Below are positions 31,237 to 40,516 of a stretch of 64,000 nucleotides of DNA, one piece after another. How positions within the stretch are numbered: position 1 is the first letter of the stretch; every line of letters begins with the position of its first letter. The notes beneath the pieces are model-generated. The model ran no database searches. It worked only from the letters and a program-made list of their open reading frames with translations, and was not told where the DNA came from. A program made the translations under genes and the position numbers. Origin of the DNA: Candidatus Poribacteria bacterium (lineage in GTDB: Bacteria > Poribacteria > WGA-4E > WGA-3G); NCBI GenBank assembly GCA_965242965.1, contig OZ251518.1, positions 288,001 to 352,000 on the forward strand. Reading direction: 5' to 3'.

Positions 31237-31300
31237 CGTAGATTGTTCTCCTTTTAGGGGCCGTTAATGGCCCGACGCGGATAGCATAATGTTAAACCGC

Positions 31301-31329
31301 ATTATACCAAAATCTCGGCGGGATGTCAA
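31301..31329 (-). promoter_or_regulatory. Consensus sigma70 promoter for the LamG gene
   Basis: TTGACA-17 nt-TATAAT on the minus strand. Confidence 0.8.
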
Positions 31330-31408
31330 GGGATACGCAAATGCCATACTCCACCGTTCTGGAAAATTCCTTCGGGATACTCAGTTATCTGGCCAGAAGT
31401 GACTCTCT

Positions 31409-31864
31409 TTACGGCACAGCATCGGCGTTCAACACTGAACCTTCCACAAAGATACCCCGCTGATCCAACATTTTGCGTTGACGGCTCCCTGGCAAAATCG
31501 TTGTGGTTGTTCCACTGGAAACCCAGTGATAACTACTTGACCTTTTCAGATTTTCAAGACTTTGTGCGGCAGATTTACGCCACTGCCTTAACCACTCGAA
31601 TTTCGCGACAACGCTTTTCACTTCGCTCAAGCGACTCGGATGCACCTCAACGTAATAGAGATGCCCGTTATAGCCGAACACGTAATCCCAACGATGTGCT
31701 TCCGGATAACGCTTTTTGAGGCAATCATCAATGTTAACGCTGCCTTCTAACTTCGGGGTAGAGGTAACCTTTACCTTTTTGCTATTTGAGCCCAACGCCT
31801 GTAACCCGTTTTTTAGACAAGCAGCGAGTTCAGGGACGCGCCGAACTGCCTCTTCAAAATTCAC
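31409..31864 (-). CDS. Small putative PD-(D/E)XK-like nuclease partner of the ATPase (copy A)
   Basis: GTGA overlap with the ATPase stop; RWDY..YYVEVH..K-x-x-W. Confidence 0.65.
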   Translation of the reverse strand: MNFEEAVRRVPELAACLKNGLQALGSNSKKVKVTSTPKLEGSVNIDDCLKKRYPEAHRWDYVFGYNGHLYYVEVHPSRLSEVKSVVAKFEWLRQWRKSAAQSLENLKRSSSYHWVSSGTTTTILPGSRQRKMLDQRGIFVEGSVLNADAVP

Positions 31865-33012
31865 AAATCTGCCCTCCACATGGTATCGGAGATGATGTCC
31901 GAGACCTTCGTGCTGAAGCCAGTGAGTCCGCCCCAGTCTGATACATCTTCGTCCGGATTCTCGGGGTTAAGGGTTGAAATGTCTTTGACGTTCACGACAC
32001 TTTTCTGCCGAGAGAAATAGTAGGTTATGAACGTCTTTTTGAGTCCCGTTTCCGCTAGTTTCTTGGAAAAAGGAGCCGGATTCAATCCCAATATATCCAA
32101 TAACGGCCGTGGACCGGCATCTGCTTTGACAATCAACTGCATCGCCCAGATTAGCTCAAGGATTTGCGGTGAATGCGTGGAGACGATGACTTTGTAGCCG
32201 CGCTTCAGGAGCTCAAGAAAAATAAGCAGCAGTGCTGAAACGGCTTTCGGGTGCAGTCCCATCTCCGGTTCTTCAATGATAACCCAGTCAAGACCGGTTT
32301 TCTTCTTCGCGCCACCGGAAGGCATTAACCAATAAAGCCCCATCAGCAGTGGCGTAAATTCGCGTTGGCCGGCAGACCAGGCCATGAAAGGCAGGCGGTT
32401 GTCTGCAACATCCAAGACAATGCGTCGACGCGGCCCGGATTTGTCCAATCTGACTTGCGCCTCTGCAAAGATGCTTTTGCTGATTGCATCCCGAATGGTT
32501 TTGTTCATGCGGCCCTCTTGTGGAAAGATGGCACTTTCACCTGAGCCCAATCCTGTTTCCATCAAGAGCCGCAATTGCTCACTGAACCGCTTGACGACAT
32601 ACGGATCTCCGAAAGCGTAGTCTGTAAACGGGCGAGGCCATCCATCTTTAAGCGTGATGGCCCGGTGCGCGGGAATCAGGAATAGCGATTCCTTTTTTTT
32701 CCCGGCTTTTCTCAACAACGTTTCGTCTAGGGAAAACTCCGCGTTATCCACAGCAATTTGAGTCGCGCTGTTCCAGATGCCCTCCATCCCTTCACCGAAG
32801 TAAAGAGGTAGAAATGCCTCGGGCTCTTTCCTCCAATCAAACCCATGCGTTTTGAGGGTGCGGGTGATGTCGCTAGTGTCTAAAATTAATTTCACGAGTT
32901 GGAGCAGGATGCTTTTCCCACTCGCTTGCTCGCCGACAAATACCGTTAAATCTCCAAAGGAGATATCGGCTTCCGGAATTTGTCCGAGTGAAGTTAGATG
33001 AATACGTTTCAT
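31861..33012 (-). CDS. Soluble ABC-type ATPase (AAA_15/AAA_21-like) (copy A)
   Basis: GEQASGKS, SAGQRE, IIEEPEMGLHP and STHS. Confidence 0.9.
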   Translation of the reverse strand: MKRIHLTSLGQIPEADISFGDLTVFVGEQASGKSILLQLVKLILDTSDITRTLKTHGFDWRKEPEAFLPLYFGEGMEGIWNSATQIAVDNAEFSLDETLLRKAGKKKESLFLIPAHRAITLKDGWPRPFTDYAFGDPYVVKRFSEQLRLLMETGLGSGESAIFPQEGRMNKTIRDAISKSIFAEAQVRLDKSGPRRRIVLDVADNRLPFMAWSAGQREFTPLLMGLYWLMPSGGAKKKTGLDWVIIEEPEMGLHPKAVSALLLIFLELLKRGYKVIVSTHSPQILELIWAMQLIVKADAGPRPLLDILGLNPAPFSKKLAETGLKKTFITYYFSRQKSVVNVKDISTLNPENPDEDVSDWGGLTGFSTKVSDIISDTMWRADL

Positions 33013-33049
33013 AGTTTGCTCTTGCTATGTCCAGCTGGTTTGGGAAATT

Positions 33050-33077
33050 ATTCTAACAAATTTCCGGAATTTGTCAA
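33050..33077 (-). promoter_or_regulatory. Sigma70-type promoter for ATPase copy A
   Basis: TTGACA-16 nt-TAGAAT on the minus strand. Confidence 0.65.
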
Positions 33078-33126
33078 GGAAAATAAAATTCCCATGGCAG
33101 AACGATTTCTGGGGCGCGGCCGCTGT

Positions 33127-33585
33127 TTACGACACAGCATCGACATTCAAGACAGAATCTGGCCCCAAGATTCGACTTTTCGCCAATCTCCTGCGATATT
33201 TGTGGTCTGTCACAAATGCTCTCGCAATTTTACCTGTGGAAACCCAGTGATAACTACTCCGCCGCTCTAAATCTTCCAGCGGTTTTGAGGCACGTTTACG
33301 CCACTGCTTTAACCACGCTAATTTCGCGAGAACGTTTTCCACCTCGCTCGTGCGTCCCTGATGAACTTCAACATAGTAAACCAGGGCTTTGTAGCCGAAT
33401 ACATAATCCCAACGAGGGGCATTCGGATACTCCCTAGCGAGACATGTGTCAATGTCAACACTTCCGGACAATTCGCGCGTTGCGTTCACTTTGACTTTAT
33501 TGCTATTTGGACCCAACGCTTGTAATCCCGGTTTGAGACACTCGGCAATGTCAGGCGTGTTCCGAACCGCGTCGGCAAAACTCAC
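33127..33585 (-). CDS. Small putative PD-(D/E)XK-like nuclease (copy B)
   Basis: Paralogue of 31409..31864; RWDYVFGY..YYVEVH. Confidence 0.65.
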   Translation of the reverse strand: MSFADAVRNTPDIAECLKPGLQALGPNSNKVKVNATRELSGSVDIDTCLAREYPNAPRWDYVFGYKALVYYVEVHQGRTSEVENVLAKLAWLKQWRKRASKPLEDLERRSSYHWVSTGKIARAFVTDHKYRRRLAKSRILGPDSVLNVDAVS

Positions 33586-34733
33586 AACTCCCCCTCCTTT
33601 ATTGCCTGCGTGATTGTCTCAAACACTCTTGAACTGTAAAGCGTCAACCCACCCCAATCCGATACCGCCTCGTCTGCATTGTCCGGATCGAGGGTTGAAA
33701 TATCCTTGACAGTCACACCTTCGTCTGTCGGGGAGAAATAGTAGGTTTTGAAGGTCTTCTCAAATACCGTCTCCGCCAACTTCTTGGAGCCAGCATCGGA
33801 TTTTAACTGCAGCAATTCTAACAGCCATTTTGGTCCCGCACTTCCTTCGGCAAGGAATTGGATGGCCCATATCAATTCCACGATTTGTGAGGCATGCGTA
33901 GAGATGACAACTCGGTAGCCGCGCTTCAAGAGTTCTAAAAGCATCAGGAGCAGTGCCGAAACGGCTTTCGGGTGCAATCCTGCTTCCGGTTCTTCGATGA
34001 CAACCCACTTGCGCTGATTTTTGTTCGCCGTGTCTTTCGCAGGCATTAAGGAATAAAGCCCCAGCAACAGCGGCGTAAACTCGCGCTGCCCCGCATCCCA
34101 GGTCAGAAACGGCAAGCAATTGCCCGCAACATCCAGAACGACGCGTTTCCGCGGACCAGCCCACTCCACTTTGACCTGGGCCTTTCCAAAGACGCTTTCT
34201 CCGACAACATGCCGGAGGGTTTTGTTCAGAAAACGCGCCTGTGGAAAGATGAGCCCATCGCCTTGGCAGAAATCCATGTCCAGCAGGTGCCGCAATTGTT
34301 CACTGAATTGCTTCACGGCGTAAGGCGCGCCGTTCGCATAATCGGTGAAGCTGCGCGGCCAGCCATCTTTGAACGTGACACCTCGCTGCGCGGGAATCAT
34401 GCAGACTGACTCGGCTTTCCTCCGGCTTTTTCTCGCGCAAACTTTCGGCAGCGAAAACTCTTGGGTATCAACGGCAATCTGCGTCGCGTTTGACCAGGTG
34501 TTCTCCATCCCCTCACCGAAATAGAGGGATAAGAACGCCGCGGGGTTTTCGTGCCACTCAAACCCGTGCGTTTTGAGGGTGCGGGTAATAGGTTCTGCGT
34601 CTAAAATTAACTTCACGAGTTGGAGCAGGATGCTTTTCCCGCTCGCTTGCTCGCCGACAAATACCGTTAAATCTCCAAAGGAGATATCGGCTTCCGGAAT
34701 TTGTCCGAGTGAAGTCAGATGAATCCGTTCCAT
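33582..34733 (-). CDS. Soluble ABC-type ATPase (copy B); start at MERIHL
   Basis: AGGAGGAG RBS; 383 aa like copy A; GEQASGKS, DAGQRE, EEPEAGLHP and STHA. Confidence 0.9.
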   Translation of the reverse strand: MERIHLTSLGQIPEADISFGDLTVFVGEQASGKSILLQLVKLILDAEPITRTLKTHGFEWHENPAAFLSLYFGEGMENTWSNATQIAVDTQEFSLPKVCARKSRRKAESVCMIPAQRGVTFKDGWPRSFTDYANGAPYAVKQFSEQLRHLLDMDFCQGDGLIFPQARFLNKTLRHVVGESVFGKAQVKVEWAGPRKRVVLDVAGNCLPFLTWDAGQREFTPLLLGLYSLMPAKDTANKNQRKWVVIEEPEAGLHPKAVSALLLMLLELLKRGYRVVISTHASQIVELIWAIQFLAEGSAGPKWLLELLQLKSDAGSKKLAETVFEKTFKTYYFSPTDEGVTVKDISTLDPDNADEAVSDWGGLTLYSSRVFETITQAIKEGEL

Positions 34734-35017
34734 CAGTTCTCCTCCTATTTTTTCCCTATAGGCTCGCTCGGCAAGCGCAGCGTCGGGTGGATGTTTTCGC
34801 CGCACCGCGGACAGCGTGTCCGACCTTGCGTATGCAGAAATGACGGAATTTTCACATGAAAATTCTGTCCGGCAGTTCCGGCACCAGCACACCTCGTTAG
34901 CGAGTGCCGACTTAACGCCGAACCGCCGTTTCAATTCAAGCACAATGGCGTAAGCATCCACAGGACGCACGCCCCTTCAGCTAGCCCTTCCAGTTGCGCG
35001 TGTCATCTCGCGGAGTT

Positions 35018-35233
35018 TCATAAGCCGTATTTCTCCTTGAACGCGTCAAGGTGCTCCTGTTGTAAGACGCGGCGGAAGCGGACATCCATGAGCTCGTCGA
35101 TGAGCCGCCGGCTCTCGCGCTCGGTGCGCGCTGTCGCGAGTTGAAGCATGAGCTCGGCATCGCGTGCATCGAGCTCCTGCACCCTTTGTTGCAAATGGTC
35201 CAAGGCGAGTTGTTGGTACAAAGCATCTGTCAT
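35018..35233 (-). CDS. Small helical/coiled-coil hypothetical protein
   Basis: AGGAG RBS; plausible composition; upstream TTGACA-16-TAGAAG near 35345-35372. Confidence 0.55.
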   Translation of the reverse strand: MTDALYQQLALDHLQQRVQELDARDAELMLQLATARTERESRRLIDELMDVRFRRVLQQEHLDAFKEKYGL

Positions 35234-35467
35234 GATTCGCATCTCCTGCGGGACTGAAAGTCCCAGTAACGTCCGGCCGCGTTGTCGCGGCCGGTGCCTT
35301 CACTTAGCACGGTTCATATATGAACGTGAACGTGCTGTCTTCCTCTTCTATCAGAATGTGGGAGGCTGTCAAGCGAAACGTTCAGCACGCCTGTAAGGAT
35401 AGATTGCTATATCCATCTGCAGCGCGGGTGAGGGCGGATGTCGTTTATATCCGCCCTCATCTACAGA

Positions 35468-37024
35468 TTAGGCGTAGATATTCTGCATCTGCCACGCATC
35501 CAGCGATTTGAGCTCGCACGCTTGCCCTTGCGAACGCAACGAAACTCCAACGCTTTCTTCCTTGTCTGGATAGACGCGCATCGCAACGCATTGCCGCCCG
35601 TTGGCGAAAACCTCGACGACGCTCTTATCAACGAAAACGCGCAACTTGAGCGTTTCGTTCTGCGCGATAGAAACCGCACCTGTCTCAGGCGCGCGCGAAA
35701 GCACATCAGGCGCGATTGACGAATACGAGGAGTCGATTGTGAGCAGGCTATCCCGAACGCGGTTTGGCGCATCCGGATTGCGCAACCCGCGTTCCCTGAA
35801 AAAGGCGATGCGGGTAAACTCCTCTTTCTGCGGCGAACGCAGGACGTTCAATTCAACCATCGGCGCGGACTTCACGTCAATTTCGACTTCAAGTTCCATC
35901 GCATTACCGTTGATATTCTCAAGCACGACTTCCTCGTTCGCGGGGAGCGTCATCGCATTCACACGCTGATGCGCATAGCGTAACGATTCAATGTCGCCGG
36001 CAGGTTCAACGCCGACTTCGTCCTTGGAGAGGAGCGTCAAGCGGCGCGGCAACGTCATAATCTGATTCCAGCCTTTCGTCGGCTTCGCGGGGTTCATGTT
36101 GTAGATGACGATGAGCCCGCCTTTGCCATCGGGTGTTGCGGAGGGCGCATGCACGCCAGCGGGAGACGCAGCCCCGAAGTTGTTCTTCGCACCCGCTGTC
36201 ACGATGAACTTGTCGCGGGCAGTGTCATAATCACCGAGCAGATATTGTCCACCGCTCATGTGGCTGAAAAAGAGGAGCATGTGCCGGTCACCGATGGGCC
36301 AGAAATAGGGACACGCGCCGTCATCGCCGACTAGCGTATACAGATCATCCTCAACGAACGGATGCAAGTAAACCCAGTTTGCCAAATCCGCGGAACGGAG
36401 GAGGAAGTTGGCTCGGACTCGCTTGCCGCCGGGCCCGTGCGGGAGTGTCCCACCCGACAGCGAGTAATACATGCCGTCTTTTTTCCAGATACAAGGGTCA
36501 AAGACGCGGTAGACAGGCGTTGTGCCATCGGCATGCTTCGCGGGAATAACCGCCTTGCCCGAAACCTTCTCCCAATTCAGTAGGAGCGGGTCGCGGGATA
36601 CCGCCACCATATTACCGACGACGGTGCCGTGATACATCGCGATGACTCTGTCTTCTTCGACGAGCGTTGTGCCGGAGAAACAGCACCGTTCCGGGTTCGG
36701 ATAAATCGCATACGGCAGGTCGCGCCAGTGGACGAGATCATCGCTGATGGCGTGCCCCCAGTGCTGCCTCGGGTCTTCCGGCGGATACGCCTGATAGAAG
36801 AGATGCCACCGGTCCTGCCAAAAGCAGAGCCCGTTCGGGTCATTGAGCGTATGTTCGGGGTTGACGTAGTGGTAAATCGGACGATGCGCATCGCCTTCAA
36901 AAGCCTCGCGCGCCGCGTTCATCCGCTGTAGCAACGGATTCGTTGTGAGTTGTGCCTCCTGCGCCTCCAGCGTCTCCGCGAAGGTATAATGAGGCACTTT
37001 CGAGGTATAGTCTTCAGTCGCCAT
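35468..37024 (-). CDS. Glycoside hydrolase family 32
   Basis: LNDPNG, HLFYQ, HWGHA, FSG, FDP and DKSVVEVF. Confidence 0.9.
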   Translation of the reverse strand: MATEDYTSKVPHYTFAETLEAQEAQLTTNPLLQRMNAAREAFEGDAHRPIYHYVNPEHTLNDPNGLCFWQDRWHLFYQAYPPEDPRQHWGHAISDDLVHWRDLPYAIYPNPERCCFSGTTLVEEDRVIAMYHGTVVGNMVAVSRDPLLLNWEKVSGKAVIPAKHADGTTPVYRVFDPCIWKKDGMYYSLSGGTLPHGPGGKRVRANFLLRSADLANWVYLHPFVEDDLYTLVGDDGACPYFWPIGDRHMLLFFSHMSGGQYLLGDYDTARDKFIVTAGAKNNFGAASPAGVHAPSATPDGKGGLIVIYNMNPAKPTKGWNQIMTLPRRLTLLSKDEVGVEPAGDIESLRYAHQRVNAMTLPANEEVVLENINGNAMELEVEIDVKSAPMVELNVLRSPQKEEFTRIAFFRERGLRNPDAPNRVRDSLLTIDSSYSSIAPDVLSRAPETGAVSIAQNETLKLRVFVDKSVVEVFANGRQCVAMRVYPDKEESVGVSLRSQGQACELKSLDAWQMQNIYA

Positions 37025-37159
37025 GAAAATTCTCCTGTTGTCAAGTGAAAGTTTGTCTATCCTTCAATGATGGACATTATAGCATAGAATTCAATGCATG
37101 TCTAGGTTTTTCTTGGTGAATCATTATACCGCATTAAACTTCATATTTCGATGCGTTCG

Positions 37160-37720
37160 GTAGGAGAGACCTCCTGGTCTCGATGCATTCCCCGTAGGAG
37201 AGACCTCCCGCGTCTCGATGCATTCTCCCCATAGGAGAGATCTCCCGCGTCTCGATGTTCCCGTAGCGCGGGGGCCTGTCCCCCGCGTTGTCTATCGTCA
37301 AGAGTGGCGTTTTAGGTCCTTAATAAAAAAACGCGCGGCATGTCAAAACCTATTAAGGACCTAAAGGACCTTAGGGTTCTTCGCGGGCGCGCATGCTATA
37401 GACATTAAGGTCCTACGGACCTAAGAACCGTTTTTTATCGTAGTGCGGGGGCCTGTCCCCCGCGAGCGTTGGAGTGCACGTCTGGCAGGCGAGGGCCCTC
37501 GCCCTACGGTGACGTGCCGTTTTTTATCGTAGCGCGGGGGCCTGTCCCCCGCGATCGTTGGGGTGCGTGGACGATGACGAGGGACAGGCCCTCGCCCTAC
37601 GATGAAGGGGGCCTTCTGCCGCCGCGGCCCCGGTAGGCGCGCCGCCCTATTGCATCGAGACCGGGAGGTCTCTCCTACTGGGACATCGCTTATATCAAGA
37701 CCGTGCTCTTAACCTACAGA
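37160..37720. repeat. Mixed REP-like cluster between divergent genes
   Basis: Multiple GTAG/ATAG palindromes. Confidence 0.9.
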
Positions 37721-37828
37721 AGAAGGAGAACTGAATCGTCCTGCAATGAGAAATTCGCCCTTGATTCAAAACCCAAATTCTGATAGAATCCCTTCAAAAC
37801 CGATTCTAACAACCTACGGAGAAAAACT

Positions 37829-39115
37829 ATGGCGCAATCCCCGAACATTCTCTTAATTCTCGCCGATGACCACGGTTATGGCGACTTATCCGTGCATAAC
37901 GGGCCTTCTATTGAGACACCGAACCTTGACAGAATTGCCGATGGAGGCATGCGGTTCACTAAGTTTTATGCCAACTCCTCGGTCTGCTCTCCGAGTCGTG
38001 CTTCCCTCATGACAGGCCGTTTTCCCGACAGGGTAGGCGTGCCGGGGGTGATTCGCACGCATGCGCAAAACAACTGGGGCTACTTTCGACAAGATGCAGT
38101 CACGCTCCCTTCAATGCTCAAACAAAAAGATTACGCCACCGCGCTCATCGGCAAGTGGCACCTTGGGCTTGAAACCGAAAACCATCCGTGTCGAAGAGGG
38201 TTTGACCATTTCCACGGCTTCCTCGGCGATATGATGGACGACTACTACACGCACCTCAGGCACGACAACAACTATATGCGCCGCGACTTTGACACTATTG
38301 TTCCGAGAGGGCACGCCACAGAGCTCTTCACAGAATGGAGTGTGGAATTCCTTCGGGCACAAGCGCAGTCATCGTCGCCGTTTTTCCTTTACCTCGCCTA
38401 TAATGCGCCGCACACCCCCATCCAACCTCCGGAAGAGTGGATAGCGCGCGTCCGTGAACGCGAACCGGATATCTCCCCACAGCGAGCGAAATACATCGCG
38501 CTCGTAGAGCACATGGATGCCGGCATCGGCCGCGTGTTGGATACCCTTGAGGAGACTGGACAGTTATCCAATACCCTCGTCATCTACACCTCTGACAACG
38601 GCGGCGATATGAAGGTCGGTGCGCATAACGGCGAACTGCGTGGGCAAAAGGGTGATATGTATGAGGGCGGCATCCGAGTTCCCGCGTGCGCGATGTGGCC
38701 CGGGCATATCCCCGAAGGACATGTCACAGAACAGGAGGCGATGCTCATGGATGTCTTTCCGACAGCATGCGAAGTGGCCGGTGTGCCGCTCACGCATGAG
38801 ATTGAGGGACGTTCTATCTGGCAAACGCTCCAAGGCGAAAAACAGGACTTCTCCGAACGCGTCCTCTATTGGCTGCGCCGAGAGGGGAATCAACGGTTTC
38901 TGGGGCAATGCCAACGTGCTGTCCGCCTCGGCGATATTAAGTTATTGCATAACAGTCCGTTTGAGCCGTTGGAACTCTATAATCTCGCCACCGATGCGCT
39001 AGAGACAACCAACGTCGCGCGGACAGATGCAGAGCTCTTTAGGGAGATGAGTGGGCTGTTTCAGGCGGAGACACAGAAGGCGGGGAGTGTTCCGTGGCAG
39101 CGGGATGCGTCGTAA
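37829..39115 (+). CDS. Cys-type sulfatase
   Basis: PNILLILADDHG, CSPSRASLMTG, GKWHLG, SDNG and YEGGIRVP. Confidence 0.95.
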   Translation: MAQSPNILLILADDHGYGDLSVHNGPSIETPNLDRIADGGMRFTKFYANSSVCSPSRASLMTGRFPDRVGVPGVIRTHAQNNWGYFRQDAVTLPSMLKQKDYATALIGKWHLGLETENHPCRRGFDHFHGFLGDMMDDYYTHLRHDNNYMRRDFDTIVPRGHATELFTEWSVEFLRAQAQSSSPFFLYLAYNAPHTPIQPPEEWIARVREREPDISPQRAKYIALVEHMDAGIGRVLDTLEETGQLSNTLVIYTSDNGGDMKVGAHNGELRGQKGDMYEGGIRVPACAMWPGHIPEGHVTEQEAMLMDVFPTACEVAGVPLTHEIEGRSIWQTLQGEKQDFSERVLYWLRREGNQRFLGQCQRAVRLGDIKLLHNSPFEPLELYNLATDALETTNVARTDAELFREMSGLFQAETQKAGSVPWQRDAS

Positions 39116-39198
39116 AAATCAACTGGCATTTTTCGCGGAAATAAGGTATCATAATTGGTATGTTTAATTTTTCGCGGGAAGGGAAGGAGGTGGCAATT

Positions 39199-39894
39199 TT
39201 GTGCAAAGAGACCGGAACGGACGAGACAACGCTAGAACCGAAAACGGCAGCGGAGAACGCCGCTGCCGTTGAACCCGCATCGGCACAGCCAGACGCGTTG
39301 GCTGGAATTCATCAAACTTTGGAGGGGCTGCAGGAACTGTTTGATAAGCAGATCTCCCGTAACCAGAACCAGATGAAGATGTTCGACGCGCTCTATCGCG
39401 AAATGAAGGACTATAAAGAGGGCTTCCTGCTGGAGGCACTTCATAAGCCGATTATCAAGGACCTGCTCAGCGTCTATGATAGTTTCGTGTCGCTGGAATC
39501 GCAACTTGATGGGGTGCTGAACGCCGTGAAAAAGATTCGTCCGAAAGCTGTGGCAGAGGAACTCACACAGTTTCGGCAGAATCTGGAGAACGCGCGCTTT
39601 GAATTGGAAGAAGTGCTATATCGCATGGACGTAACCCCTTATGAGGAGCATCCGGAAACGTTGGACCGGCAGTTGCACAAAACGCTTAAGGTGATTTCGG
39701 CGGATACTCCGGAACAGGATTGGCAGGTGGCGGAGGTTCACAAAACCGGGTTTCATTGGCGAGGGAAAGTGTTTCGCCCGGAAGAGGTGACAATTTTCCG
39801 CTATACGCCGCCCATATCGGAGGATGTGGAGAATTCGCAAGGTCCGCTCGCTGGCGGCGCGCCAAAAACTCCGCCCAAGAGAAGTAAAGAATAA
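39199..39894 (+). CDS. grpE: GrpE-family nucleotide exchange factor (specialised paralogue); start is TTG 39199 after AAGGAGG, or ATG 39160
   Basis: Long helix; IIKDLLSVYDSF, LDRQLH and VAEVHKTGF..VFRPEEV. Confidence 0.8.
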   Translation: MCKETGTDETTLEPKTAAENAAAVEPASAQPDALAGIHQTLEGLQELFDKQISRNQNQMKMFDALYREMKDYKEGFLLEALHKPIIKDLLSVYDSFVSLESQLDGVLNAVKKIRPKAVAEELTQFRQNLENARFELEEVLYRMDVTPYEEHPETLDRQLHKTLKVISADTPEQDWQVAEVHKTGFHWRGKVFRPEEVTIFRYTPPISEDVENSQGPLAGGAPKTPPKRSKE

Positions 39895-39943
39895 GTTACT
39901 CGTAGGCCGCTAGTGCCCACTTCCTACATTATAGGAGGCAATT

Positions 39944-40516
39944 ATGCCAAACCAAGATAAACCGTTGGTGTATTTTTTTGGAAAGAGCAATTTCGGCGAT
40001 GACCAGACTGATTTCATAAAAATCGGTCACACTCGCAACGATCTTTCAATCCGACAAGCCGCCCTTCAGACAGGGAACGAGGCCCGTATATGGGAAATGG
40101 GGGTCATTCCTTTCAATACGGTGGACGAGGCGACCCGAGAAGAAGAGCGGATAAAATATATGTTCGGAGCGTTTCGTGCTCAAGGGGAATGGCTCTATGC
40201 TACCCCTCGGATAATACAATATATTGAGGATTATGCAGTGCAGCACACCGCACTGCTCACCGACGATCCGCCACCGCCGGAAAATACAGCTGGCCCTTCA
40301 TTGGGGAAACAGCTTCGTAGTCGCAGGAAAGATGCAGGAATAAAGGTCGCAGACTTAGCTGAGAAAGTGGATTGTACTCCGGGTTACATCTACTTCATTG
40401 AAAATGATTGCGGCAGACCTGGAAAACGCATCCGTAAGGCATTAGTTGACCTATTCGGTGAATTTGACTGCCCTACCCGCGAACAAGGATCAGATACGGA
40501 GGAAGCAAATGGGTAA
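39944..40516 (+). CDS. T5orf172/GIY-YIG-like nuclease domain fused to an XRE HTH
   Basis: VYF, IKIGHT, R..LQTG, E and GEW; LRSRRKDAGIKVADLAEKVDCTPGYIYFIEND. Confidence 0.8.
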   Translation: MPNQDKPLVYFFGKSNFGDDQTDFIKIGHTRNDLSIRQAALQTGNEARIWEMGVIPFNTVDEATREEERIKYMFGAFRAQGEWLYATPRIIQYIEDYAVQHTALLTDDPPPPENTAGPSLGKQLRSRRKDAGIKVADLAEKVDCTPGYIYFIENDCGRPGKRIRKALVDLFGEFDCPTREQGSDTEEANG

